DNA of 64,000 nt from an uncultured Lentisphaerales bacterium (GCA_964652365.1 CAZZCT010000003.1:158-64157), one strand, 5' to 3'; counted from the stretch's first letter, positions 17,740-26,369 are shown. A program made the numbers and translations. The notes: generated from the letters alone by a model not told the origin.

Positions 17740-20022
17740 CTATTCCTTCTTGAGGCGAGCCTCAATGCGGGGCAGGATCTCCTTGACCTTCTCTGCGTAC
17801 GGGCTGGCCGGATACTCGAAGAGCAGTTGGCTGGCCTTGTCGTATGCCTTCTGGAAATCGGCCCCGCGATAGGCCACCAGCACCCACTTCAGCAGCATGG
17901 CGTCGAGGAAGGCGGCGTCGGGATAGTCCTGGAAGATCTGCTGCAGCAGTTCGTTGGCCTGGCTGTAGTCCTTCATGTCGATGTGGTAGTCGATCACCTT
18001 GGCCAGGGCCTGACCGGCAAACTCGCTTTCGGGATAGCGCTCGGCGCACTGCTTGTAGGTCTGGATGGCAGGCTCGATCGCGGAGAGCTTGTTCACGTTG
18101 TCGCTCTGCGCGATGCGCAGCATGGCCATGGCCTCAATGCACTCGGCGATCCGGAACTGGGCCTCGGCCTTGGCCATCGACTTCTGCAGCGCCAGAACCT
18201 GATTGAAGACGCCGATGGCCTCCTGGTGCTCCTTCTTCTCCATGCGGATGCTGGCGATACCCATCAGGGCCTGATCCACAAAGGGCGAATCCGGGTACAG
18301 CGAGTTGAACAGCCGACAGGCCGCCATGGCGCTGCCGAAATCGTCGGTCACCAGATGCAGCTCCCACTTGAGCTTGAAGGCCTCCTGGCGCACTTCGGCC
18401 GGAATCGGCAGCGCCGTGCGCACCACGGCGTCCACGCGGTCAAGGCCCTCCTTCACCTTCTCCTTTGCGCCGCTCATGAGCCCCATGCTGCGGAAAATGC
18501 GGCCCAGCTCCAGATAGGCCGTGGCCTCGACCAACCCCTTGCGGGCGCGCACGACGGCGTCAGCCACCACGTCCTGGGTGGCACGCGGCCGCGTGTCGAT
18601 CGCGCCGGAGGTGCGAATCAGATTCTCGACCAGGCGCGGATCGGACCCGCCAATGTGAACCTCGTCGACAAAGGTCAGCACAATCTCGTCATCCACCGCC
18701 GCGCTCAGTTGAAGGTCAGTGCGCTCGACCGGCGTGCCCTCGACCAGTCCGACGACCTTGACCGAGCCGCCGAAGCGACCGCTGCGCACGATGGCATTGG
18801 TGCCGATCTCAGACAACGGCAGCGTCACCTCGTCGCGGACCGTGAAGCGCTGCTGCTGCTCTTCCAGCAGCTTGGACAGGTCTACGGTGTTGCCCAGCGG
18901 CTCGTCTTCGTCCTCGGCCTTGTAGCGCGAGACAATCCGCACGTGCACCGCATCGGCCTTGTCGGTCTTGTCGGCATCCGCATCCTGCACCAGCACGAAC
19001 AGCGGCTGATCAAGGAAAGCCGCGGTGGCTTCCGTCTCGTAGTCGCCCAGCGTGAAGGTCGCCGCCGCAGTCGAAACCACCTTGACCGTGGCTTCCTTGG
19101 CTACGTTGACCGTGCCATCCTGCACCGTGGCGTCAATGTAGATGGTCTTGACCGTGTCGCCGCCGGTGACTTCGAGCACGCCGTTGCCGGGCCGCGGCAT
19201 GCCAATTTCGGTTGGCACAGAGCCGATGAACACATCGGCACCGCTGGTCAGCGGGATGCACTCGATGGTCTCCTTGTCGCCGCGCGAGCTCTCGACCGAC
19301 ACCTTGATCTGCTTGCCCAGGTTGTAAAGAATCGGCAGGTCGGCGTCCTGCGTCTTGACATAGAAGCGCCGGCCCGCTTCGGCGAACTGCGTCTGCGGGC
19401 TGTCCGCATCAATGAAGGTGCCCACCATGCTGAGCGCCTCGATGGCGCGGCTCCAGTTGCCTTGCGCAAAGTGGCACATGCCGATGTAGTAGTACGACTG
19501 GTTGGCCCACACGGTGTTCGGGTACTGCGTGGTGATGCGCCGCAGGATCGGAAACGCGGCGCCATATTGCCGCATGTTGAAATAGGCGGTGCCCATCAGG
19601 TAGAGCGACTCCAGCAGCATCTCGCGGTCGTCGCCCGCCAGCTCCTTGTCCGGCTGGTCGATCGCCTTGACCAGGTTCAGATAGGAGATCGCCTTGGGCT
19701 GATCGCTCTTCTCAATGTGGTACTTGCCCAGTTCGATCGCCGCCTGAAATCGTACACGACTGGCCGGGAACTGCTCGATCACGTTCTCGAGCATGCGAAC
19801 CCCGCGCTCCTCATCCTGGGCTGCCAGCAGTTCACGCGCCTTGTTCAGCAGCCGGCTGGCCTCGAACTCGCTCGAATCCAGTCCCTCGCCCTCCTCGCCA
19901 TTGCCGCCTTCGCCACGACCGCTGCGGGGCTGCCGTGCCGCCTGCACGCCGGTCGCCACCACCAGCCAGAGCACCAGGCCCAGACGGGCCGTCTGCCATC
20001 CGAAACGCACTCGATTCTTCAT
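17740..20022 (-). CDS. Secreted TPR-repeat protein (761 aa) with BamD/YbgF-like TPRs flanking the same beta-sandwich module type as the giant protein
   Basis: Track ORF 17740..20121. The internal ATG at 20022 gives the signal peptide MKNRVRFGWQTARLGLVLWLVVATGVQAA. TPR motifs: QYPNTVWANQSYYYIGMCHFAQGNW, LYPDSPFVDQALMGIA, RYPESEFAGQALAKV, EYPASPYAEKVKE. Confidence 0.88.
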   Translation of the reverse strand: MKNRVRFGWQTARLGLVLWLVVATGVQAARQPRSGRGEGGNGEEGEGLDSSEFEASRLLNKARELLAAQDEERGVRMLENVIEQFPASRVRFQAAIELGKYHIEKSDQPKAISYLNLVKAIDQPDKELAGDDREMLLESLYLMGTAYFNMRQYGAAFPILRRITTQYPNTVWANQSYYYIGMCHFAQGNWSRAIEALSMVGTFIDADSPQTQFAEAGRRFYVKTQDADLPILYNLGKQIKVSVESSRGDKETIECIPLTSGADVFIGSVPTEIGMPRPGNGVLEVTGGDTVKTIYIDATVQDGTVNVAKEATVKVVSTAAATFTLGDYETEATAAFLDQPLFVLVQDADADKTDKADAVHVRIVSRYKAEDEDEPLGNTVDLSKLLEEQQQRFTVRDEVTLPLSEIGTNAIVRSGRFGGSVKVVGLVEGTPVERTDLQLSAAVDDEIVLTFVDEVHIGGSDPRLVENLIRTSGAIDTRPRATQDVVADAVVRARKGLVEATAYLELGRIFRSMGLMSGAKEKVKEGLDRVDAVVRTALPIPAEVRQEAFKLKWELHLVTDDFGSAMAACRLFNSLYPDSPFVDQALMGIASIRMEKKEHQEAIGVFNQVLALQKSMAKAEAQFRIAECIEAMAMLRIAQSDNVNKLSAIEPAIQTYKQCAERYPESEFAGQALAKVIDYHIDMKDYSQANELLQQIFQDYPDAAFLDAMLLKWVLVAYRGADFQKAYDKASQLLFEYPASPYAEKVKEILPRIEARLKKE

Positions 20023-20422
20023 CGTCTCGCGTCCTCTCCAAGTCCGCCACTGACCAATACTTGCGCGTCCAAGAAAACAATCACACCACCCAGCCCGGCC
20101 GAAGCTAGGCACGCCACCCAATGGCAGTTGTGGCTTTTAAGCAGGAAGCATGCCGACGCCGCGAGCGCGTCAAACCCGGCGCAAACGGCCTGTCACCCGG
20201 CCGCCCGCCAGGCGTCCCCGGATGGGCCCGCCCGCCCCAACTGCCTACATCACAACGCACCCTGCCGCCCGGATGCCACGTGCCGCACTGGCCCAAGGAA
20301 CCTGTCGGGCTTAAGCCCCGGACGTTGCCAGCCCCGTACCGACAGGCTCCCAAGTCCGACACGCGGCCAGCTGGCAGCCGGCCGGAACAACCGCCACGCG
20401 CTTCGATCGTGTCACGGCCTTT

Positions 20423-22093
20423 CTAATGTGTCATGGCATAGACGAGCAAGTTGAGTCCAAGCTCGGCACCGGACGGGGCCTCGTAGGCGCGTGCCAGCGG
20501 AAACTCGCATCCCTGCCAGGCGCAGGCCACGTCGACCGGGCTGTAGATCACCCGCAGGTCGCCGTCGATCGAGATGGCCTCGATCTGGGGCGTGGTCACG
20601 CCAGGACGCGCCTGCAATGCCGCCGGCGAGTACTGGATCGCGCCCATCGGGCGAACCGTGGCGAACAGGGCGTGGTCAGGCGCCACGGCGGCCAGTTCGC
20701 GGTCCGGCAGCAGCCGCCGCAGTTCCCGCCGCACCGCCTGGTCGAAGGTTCCCAGGCCAAGTCCGTTGTTGATCAGCAAGGTGCCGCCGCGTTCGAGGAA
20801 GGCGCGCAGGGCTCGCAGGGCCGGATCACTCCAGCTGAACTCATCAAGTCCCTCCAGATAGAGAAACGGCAGCGCGCCGAGATCATCGCGCGCAGGGTCC
20901 ACGCTGATGCGTTTGAGGCTGACGCCCACGGCGGTCTCGCGCCGCATCTGCCGCAGCAGCGCCGCCGCCGCGCCGGGATGCACATTCCAGGCGCCGTCGT
21001 GCCGGATCTGGGCAAAGACCAGTTCGTCGGTCGGGCGCTGCTCATCGAGCGCACCGAAGAGTTCGGGGCGCGCCTCCTGGCGCCCGGTCTCGGCATACCC
21101 GATCGCGTAGGCAACCAGATTGATCCCCAGGCGCGTGGCCGAGTCATTATCGTAGAAGACGGCCTTGTCAAGCAGGGGCACATCATGGTCGTCCCAACCG
21201 CAGCCGAGACCATACTGCGAGATCAGACAGGCGATCCGGCTGCCGACATAGATTCCTTCCATAAAGGGCCGCTGGCTGTCGAGATTGCGCGGGTAGGCCA
21301 CGGTCGTGGCGTCGGCCAGCATGTGGAAGAGCGGGTGATCAAGCGGGATGGCCCGGATGCGCTCGCCCGGCACGATCTGCACGGCGAGTTCGCGGGCCGA
21401 GGCGTGAAAGTACGGCGACCCCGCGATCGAGTCGAAAACCACCATGCCACCGCGTCCGACGAAGGTGCGGACAATGGCCAACTGTTCGTCCGTCAGCCGG
21501 ATGCGCCGAACGCCGCTGAAGAACAGAACCGGTGTGGTGGCCGGGTCCGGATCGAGCGTGTTCAGGGAGACCGGCTGGGTTCCATAGTTCAACGCGAACC
21601 AGCGACCTGCCTTGCGCATGAGCTGCGAGAGGTCGTCGGGACAGAGGTTCCAGTCGGCAATCTGCGTGGTCTGGCCTTCGGCATAGCGGTACTCGGCCGT
21701 CTCACCCCAGACAACCTTGCCGACCAGCTGCGGCGGCCGGGGTTCGCGCTTGCGTTCGGTGCGCCGGATCGGCGTGGCGGGCAGGGGCAGCGGCGGCACG
21801 CCTTCGCCTCCCGAGATACGTTTGGGGGCGGCCCGCGGCGGCTGTCCCAGCGGCACCAACCACTCGTTCTCGTCCGCCCGGCCGAGGCCCGGCGCGACGC
21901 ATCCCACGACCAGAGCCAAGCCGGCGGCCGCGGCCAGCAACCGGGGTCGGCCCCGCTGCCAGTGGCCTTCCGTCCTGTGTCTTCCGACCTCTGACCTCTG
22001 GCCTCCGACCTCCGACCTCCGACCTCTAGCATCCAACCTCGGACCTCTCTCGGTCGGACCGGCATCGGGCCGTGCGATTGGCATAGTGCTCAT
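20423..22093 (-). CDS. Tandem-DUF4159 protein, probably a lipoprotein, with an Arg-rich N-terminal extension
   Basis: 556 aa. The ATG at 22093 overlaps the upstream stop as ATGA at 22090-22093. Lipobox-like LALVVGC. Two DUF4159-like units: PVLFFSGVRRIRLTDEQLAIVRTFVGRGGMVVFDSIAGSPYF...LDHPLFHM and LPFLYLEGLDEFSWSDPALRALRAFLERGGTLLINN...PDHALFATV...YSPVDVACAW. Confidence 0.85.
   Translation of the reverse strand: MSTMPIARPDAGPTERGPRLDARGRRSEVGGQRSEVGRHRTEGHWQRGRPRLLAAAAGLALVVGCVAPGLGRADENEWLVPLGQPPRAAPKRISGGEGVPPLPLPATPIRRTERKREPRPPQLVGKVVWGETAEYRYAEGQTTQIADWNLCPDDLSQLMRKAGRWFALNYGTQPVSLNTLDPDPATTPVLFFSGVRRIRLTDEQLAIVRTFVGRGGMVVFDSIAGSPYFHASARELAVQIVPGERIRAIPLDHPLFHMLADATTVAYPRNLDSQRPFMEGIYVGSRIACLISQYGLGCGWDDHDVPLLDKAVFYDNDSATRLGINLVAYAIGYAETGRQEARPELFGALDEQRPTDELVFAQIRHDGAWNVHPGAAAALLRQMRRETAVGVSLKRISVDPARDDLGALPFLYLEGLDEFSWSDPALRALRAFLERGGTLLINNGLGLGTFDQAVRRELRRLLPDRELAAVAPDHALFATVRPMGAIQYSPAALQARPGVTTPQIEAISIDGDLRVIYSPVDVACAWQGCEFPLARAYEAPSGAELGLNLLVYAMTH
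21986..22048. repeat. Heptanucleotide tandem repeat GACCTCY (coding strand RGAGGTC). Six near-perfect consecutive units at 21986-22027, then three degenerate units.
   Basis: Read directly: gacctct gacctct ggcctcc gacctcc gacctcc gacctct agcatcc aacctcg gacctct. The repeat lies in codons ~16-36 of CDS 20423..22093 and encodes RSEVGGQRSEVGR. Confidence 0.9.
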
Positions 22094-24231
22094 CGTGATC
22101 CTTTCCCGTTGCCGGGCTCGGCAGCGGAACCGAAACGATCGCGGGCCACGGCAGCGGCTTCGCTGTAGGGATACGAACGATTCAACTCCTCAAGGGCCTG
22201 CCGGCTCTCACTCCCCGCGCCCTGCTCCTGGCAGACTTCAGCCGTCACCCGAAGCAGTTCGGCACGCTGCGGGTCGTCCGGTGCCGCCTGCAGCAAGCGC
22301 AGGCAGGCCGTCCGCGCAAAGGGCGCTTCGCCGCGCCCGCGGAAGGCTGCCACCAGAATCAGGCCCGTTTCCAGCTCGAGCCGTTCGAGCGGCCGTTCCC
22401 ACTCGATCTCGCGCGCGACCCGTTCGGCCGCATCATAGTCCTTTTGCCGCAGATAGACACGCGCGTTTTCAAGTCGGGCCAGACGCCGCACCTGGTAGGT
22501 CGTGTCGTCGGGCGCCACGACTGTTCCGGCCTGACGGTACAGGACCGCCGCCGCCTCGCGCTCGCAGCGCATCACCTGGATGTCGGCCAGATAGATCAGC
22601 CGCAGCCGGCCGTCGGTCTCGTCCAGCGTCGCCGCCGCCAGTTCATCCAGGAGGCGGCCGGCCGCGGCCAGATCCTGCCCGCTGTGAATCAGAAACCCGG
22701 CCAGGTGCAGCCGGACGCGCGCAGCCGTTGGCGCCGGCACGCCCGGCGCGGCCAGCGCGGCCTGCCAGAACTCCGGCACCCAGCCGTACTGCCGCTGGGT
22801 CGGGTGCTGGGCGAAGAAGCCCAGGCGCAACAGGCCCTCGGCCGCCACGCCGCCGAACTCGCTCCGCCTGGCGCGGCAGATCCCGGCCAGTTCCGCCAGC
22901 AGGTCGCGATCCTCGATCTGATCCGCCAGCACAACCAAACGCGCCAGGTCCGCGGCCGGCAGGCGGTCGAAACCGGTCTGCCGCAGCGCACCGCACAACC
23001 GCACGTAGGCCGCCTCCGGAAACTCGGACGCCTGCTGCCACTGCCGGTGGATGGCCACCTGGCGGGTCAGCGTGCCGCGCGCGCGTCCGTCGCGCACGAC
23101 TTCCAGACGGACCTCGTGTTGCCCACCGACAGTGTATACATGAACCACCTCGGTGCCCGTGGCCGTGCTGCCGTCGTCGAACCGCCAGCGGCAGGTGTCG
23201 CCGGCGGCGGCCGGCAGCGCCCACAGGCGCACGCCGATCAGCTCCGATGCTCCGGCCGCCGCATGCTCGACAATCTCCCAGCTGAAGGCCGCCGGCGCCT
23301 CGGGTCCGCCGACGGCAGCGACGGCCTCGAACGGGGCCGGCGCTCGGTAGGCCGTGGGGGGAATGATCGCGAACCGGTCGACCCCGGGCGGTTGCCAGGC
23401 CGCGGCCACGTGGAAACCGCCGTCGTTCTGGCAGTTGTGGTACGTGATGCGATGGGGACCGCGCCGGAGTTCCACGAAGCCCTGATACTCGCCTCGCAGC
23501 CCACTACCGTCCAACCCGTGCCAACCGGGCCACGCCGCCACCGGCCGGCCGTCGATCAGCAAGAACGAGGCGTCGTCCGAAAGGGTCGCGAAACCGTAAC
23601 GGCCGTCGCGCGGGATGTCGAGCCAGCCCTCATAGCGTGCCATGAGCGGCACATGGGGGCCATGTGGGTGCACCCCCTGGTTGATGGCATCGACGCGCGA
23701 CCGCCCGAACTTCGGACGCCCAACGCGCCACAACTCGAGCGCTTGTGCCAGGGTGTCGACCGCGCCCGGCGACGGCGGCAGGGCGCGCGTCTCCAGCACC
23801 AGCCCGGCAGTCGCGCGCCAGGTCGGTTCGACTGGCGCCGTGGCGGCCGGGGCAATCCGCACCGTGTAGTTGGAGGCGCCGGCGCGACAGTCGAACAGCA
23901 GGTCCAGCGGACCATCGGTCAGCCATTCCACGACCTCGAAGCCGACGGCTCCTCCGGCCGCGTCCAGCACGTGCAACGCCGCGCCGTCGGGAGTCGCGTT
24001 CCACGGCCACAGCCGCACCGCCCCGACCCCCACCTCCGCCGGTCGCGCACCACTTGCCGGCCGGATCGTGAACGAGCTGTCGGCATCGGCCCGGCTGTAG
24101 CCGCTGATCAGGAGGGCAGCCAGCCCGGCCGCGGCCAGGCACCGGGCACGCGCGCGCGCTCCGGCTGACAACCGGCCGGAACTGTGGGCCGACACGCTGC
24201 CGGGAGGGTTCGTCACAGTCCATCCACCCAT
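22090..24231 (-). CDS. Secreted PA14 + PKD domain protein with a C-terminal TPR-like helical region
   Basis: Track ORF 22090..24372. The likely start is ATG 24231, or GTG 24216, which overlaps the upstream stop as GTGA. Hydrophobic N-terminus: CLAAAGLAALLISG. PA14-like: YEGWLDIPRDGRYGFATLSDDASFLLIDGRPV. PKD-like: CRWRFDDGSTATGTEVVHVYTVGGQHEVRLEV. Confidence 0.8.
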   Translation of the reverse strand: MGGWTVTNPPGSVSAHSSGRLSAGARARARCLAAAGLAALLISGYSRADADSSFTIRPASGARPAEVGVGAVRLWPWNATPDGAALHVLDAAGGAVGFEVVEWLTDGPLDLLFDCRAGASNYTVRIAPAATAPVEPTWRATAGLVLETRALPPSPGAVDTLAQALELWRVGRPKFGRSRVDAINQGVHPHGPHVPLMARYEGWLDIPRDGRYGFATLSDDASFLLIDGRPVAAWPGWHGLDGSGLRGEYQGFVELRRGPHRITYHNCQNDGGFHVAAAWQPPGVDRFAIIPPTAYRAPAPFEAVAAVGGPEAPAAFSWEIVEHAAAGASELIGVRLWALPAAAGDTCRWRFDDGSTATGTEVVHVYTVGGQHEVRLEVVRDGRARGTLTRQVAIHRQWQQASEFPEAAYVRLCGALRQTGFDRLPAADLARLVVLADQIEDRDLLAELAGICRARRSEFGGVAAEGLLRLGFFAQHPTQRQYGWVPEFWQAALAAPGVPAPTAARVRLHLAGFLIHSGQDLAAAGRLLDELAAATLDETDGRLRLIYLADIQVMRCEREAAAVLYRQAGTVVAPDDTTYQVRRLARLENARVYLRQKDYDAAERVAREIEWERPLERLELETGLILVAAFRGRGEAPFARTACLRLLQAAPDDPQRAELLRVTAEVCQEQGAGSESRQALEELNRSYPYSEAAAVARDRFGSAAEPGNGKGSR

Positions 24232-25325
24232 CGCTGGAGCCCGTCCTGCTGCGCTTCGAGGTCGCACACCAGTGCCAGCTGGTTGCGGCACCGGTCCAGG
24301 TTGTGCCCCGGCCGCCGGACGCGGAAATAGATGTCCCCTTGCAGAAAATCGGTCAGAAAACGCAGGCCGCATTCGAGCGTCATCAATAGACTGCTGAAGA
24401 CCAGATTGTCGCGCTCGGCCGGCACCAGAAAATCGGCGGTCTCCAGATAGCCGCGCGCAAGGGCCTCGAAGATCTCGCGCCGGCAGCGCACGTGGCTGCG
24501 ATCGGGGTCGTCCTCGGCGGCGCTGTTGGTGGCGGACCGCACCATGTCGCCAAAGTCATACAGCGCCAGTCCCGGCATGACCGTGTCGAGATCGATCACG
24601 CAGATTCCCTCTCCGGAACGGTCGTCGATCATGACGTTGTTGAGCTTGGTGTCGTTGTGGGTGACACGCTCGGGCATCGCGCCGGCCGCCTGCAGATCGA
24701 CGAGGCGACGGCACGCGGTCGCGCGGGCGCGGATGAAATCGAGCTCGGACGCGACCGCCGAGCGGCGGCCGCAGACATCGGCTTGCGCCGCCGCCTCGAG
24801 GGCCGCCACGCGGCGCGGCGTATCGTGAAAGTGAGGAATGGTCTCGAACAGGCGTCCTCCCGGCAGGTCGGCCAGCAGGCGCTGAAACTGCGCAAACGCG
24901 CGCGCGGCCTCGTAGGCCTGCCGCGGTTGCTCGATCCGGTCGTACGTGCACGCCCCGTCGATGAAGAGATAGGCCCGCCACAACCCGCCCGACGCGTCGC
25001 GATGGCTGAGCTCCCCGCGCACGGTCGGAACCAGGGTCAGCGTCCGGCGTGTGATTTCGGCATGGCCGGCCGCGACGAGCCGCGCACGGGCATGGGCGGT
25101 CACGCGGGCCACGTTCTGCATGAGGGCGTCGCCGTCGGCGAAAACGCGCGTGTTCACCCGTTGCAGGATGTAGCTGACAGGTGTGCCGGCCTGGTCGACG
25201 CACACGCGGAAAGTCTCGTTGATGTGTCCGGAACCATACGGCCCACCCTGGCGGAAGTCGCCCCGCAGGTCGAAGGCCGCACACGCCGCACGCAGTTCCT
25301 GTTCAGTCACGACGGTCAACTCCAC
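24213..25325 (-). CDS. Aminoglycoside-phosphotransferase-fold anomeric sugar kinase (NahK / N-acetylhexosamine-1-kinase-like)
   Basis: Motifs GPYGSGHINETFRV and VTHNDTKLNNVMIDD...VIDLDTV. There is no in-frame ATG after the upstream gene, so the start is GTG 25325 or TTG 25319 (a TTGA overlap with the upstream stop). The 5' part of track ORF 24213..25580 overlaps the nucleotidyltransferase gene. Confidence 0.75.
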   Translation of the reverse strand: MELTVVTEQELRAACAAFDLRGDFRQGGPYGSGHINETFRVCVDQAGTPVSYILQRVNTRVFADGDALMQNVARVTAHARARLVAAGHAEITRRTLTLVPTVRGELSHRDASGGLWRAYLFIDGACTYDRIEQPRQAYEAARAFAQFQRLLADLPGGRLFETIPHFHDTPRRVAALEAAAQADVCGRRSAVASELDFIRARATACRRLVDLQAAGAMPERVTHNDTKLNNVMIDDRSGEGICVIDLDTVMPGLALYDFGDMVRSATNSAAEDDPDRSHVRCRREIFEALARGYLETADFLVPAERDNLVFSSLLMTLECGLRFLTDFLQGDIYFRVRRPGHNLDRCRNQLALVCDLEAQQDGLQRWVDGL

Positions 25326-26239
25326 AGCCGTGGCGGATAGTGCCCGCCGGCTACGAGGTCCGCAATCGCGGCCGTGACGCGCGGCCGGTCCTCGCGGTAC
25401 GTCACGCCAAACCACGAGGCCCCGGTCGGCAGGACCTGCACCTCGGCCTCGCCGCTCCGGATCAACTCGTCGACCACAAACGGCAGGTACCACTCGGCCT
25501 TGGGGTTGCCAGCGTGCTGCGCGAGCCACACCGGGAAGCGCTGCTCCAGGAATCCAAACAGCGCGGGGGTGAAGCCCCACATGTTCAACGAGACCAGCTC
25601 GTCGCCGGTCAGCGCCTCGGGCTGACCCTCGATCTCGCGATTCTCGGCCCGACCGTCAGTCAGGGCCACCAGGCGGGTCATCTCGCGCACCGACTGCAGC
25701 CGGCCGTCGGCGGCAACCTGGCACACGCCGCGTGCCACGCTGCCGTGTTCCGAGAGCGTCTGCCGCAGGCGGAAGCCAACCATGGCAAAGCGCGCCACGG
25801 TCGACGGCCCCGCGGGGGGCGTGGCGGTCAGAAACCCGGCCAACCGGGTAAAGGCGTCGCGACTGTAGAAATCGTCGGCATTGATGGCGGCGAAGGGCTC
25901 CCGCACGGCGGCGCGGGCCGCGCGAACGGCATGCGCGGTGCCCCATGGCTTGACGCGCTCGGCCGGCAGGCCGACCCCGGGAGGCAGATCGTCGAGTGCC
26001 TGGTAGACATAGTCCACGGGTATTGAGGCGGCGTACCGTGCGCCGATGCTGGCGCGGAAGAGCGCCTCGAACTCCCGGCGGATCACGAAGACGATCCGGC
26101 CAAAGCCGGCTTGCAAGGCGTCGTAGACCGCATAGTCCATGAGCGTCTCGCCGCCCGGGCCCACCGGATCGACCTGTTTCAGACCGCCATAGCGGCTGCC
26201 CATGCCCGCCGCAAGCACCACCAGCGTCGGTTTCGTCAT
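25316..26239 (-). CDS. Sugar-1-phosphate nucleotidyltransferase (NTP_transferase family)
   Basis: The internal ATG at 26239 gives MTKPTLVVLAAGMGSRYGGLKQVDPVG, a G-x-G-x-R nucleotide-binding loop. It is paired with the kinase immediately downstream. Confidence 0.8.
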   Translation of the reverse strand: MTKPTLVVLAAGMGSRYGGLKQVDPVGPGGETLMDYAVYDALQAGFGRIVFVIRREFEALFRASIGARYAASIPVDYVYQALDDLPPGVGLPAERVKPWGTAHAVRAARAAVREPFAAINADDFYSRDAFTRLAGFLTATPPAGPSTVARFAMVGFRLRQTLSEHGSVARGVCQVAADGRLQSVREMTRLVALTDGRAENREIEGQPEALTGDELVSLNMWGFTPALFGFLEQRFPVWLAQHAGNPKAEWYLPFVVDELIRSGEAEVQVLPTGASWFGVTYREDRPRVTAAIADLVAGGHYPPRLWS

Positions 26240-26369
26240 ACGTCTCCGATAGTACGCTTCGGCCCTAAGGCGGGCAAGCCGCAACCCGACCCCGCCCCGC
26301 AGTTATCCATCTGGCGCAGACCACCCCAAGGCGGGACTGACAACGGTGCCGACGCGCGCCGGATCGCGT

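Noticed and set aside
13607-17872. 1421-aa ORF on the + strand
   Set aside because: It is entirely antisense to the giant TPR gene and part of the 761-aa TPR gene. Its composition is dominated by Arg, Gly, Ala and Leu with no recognisable motifs, no signal peptide and no SD. This is the typical open antisense frame of a high-GC gene.
17827-20454. 875-aa ORF on the + strand
   Set aside because: It is antisense to the 761-aa TPR gene, which has clear TPR motifs and a signal peptide. The translation is low-complexity (runs of R, G, A, H, Q) with no domain signature.
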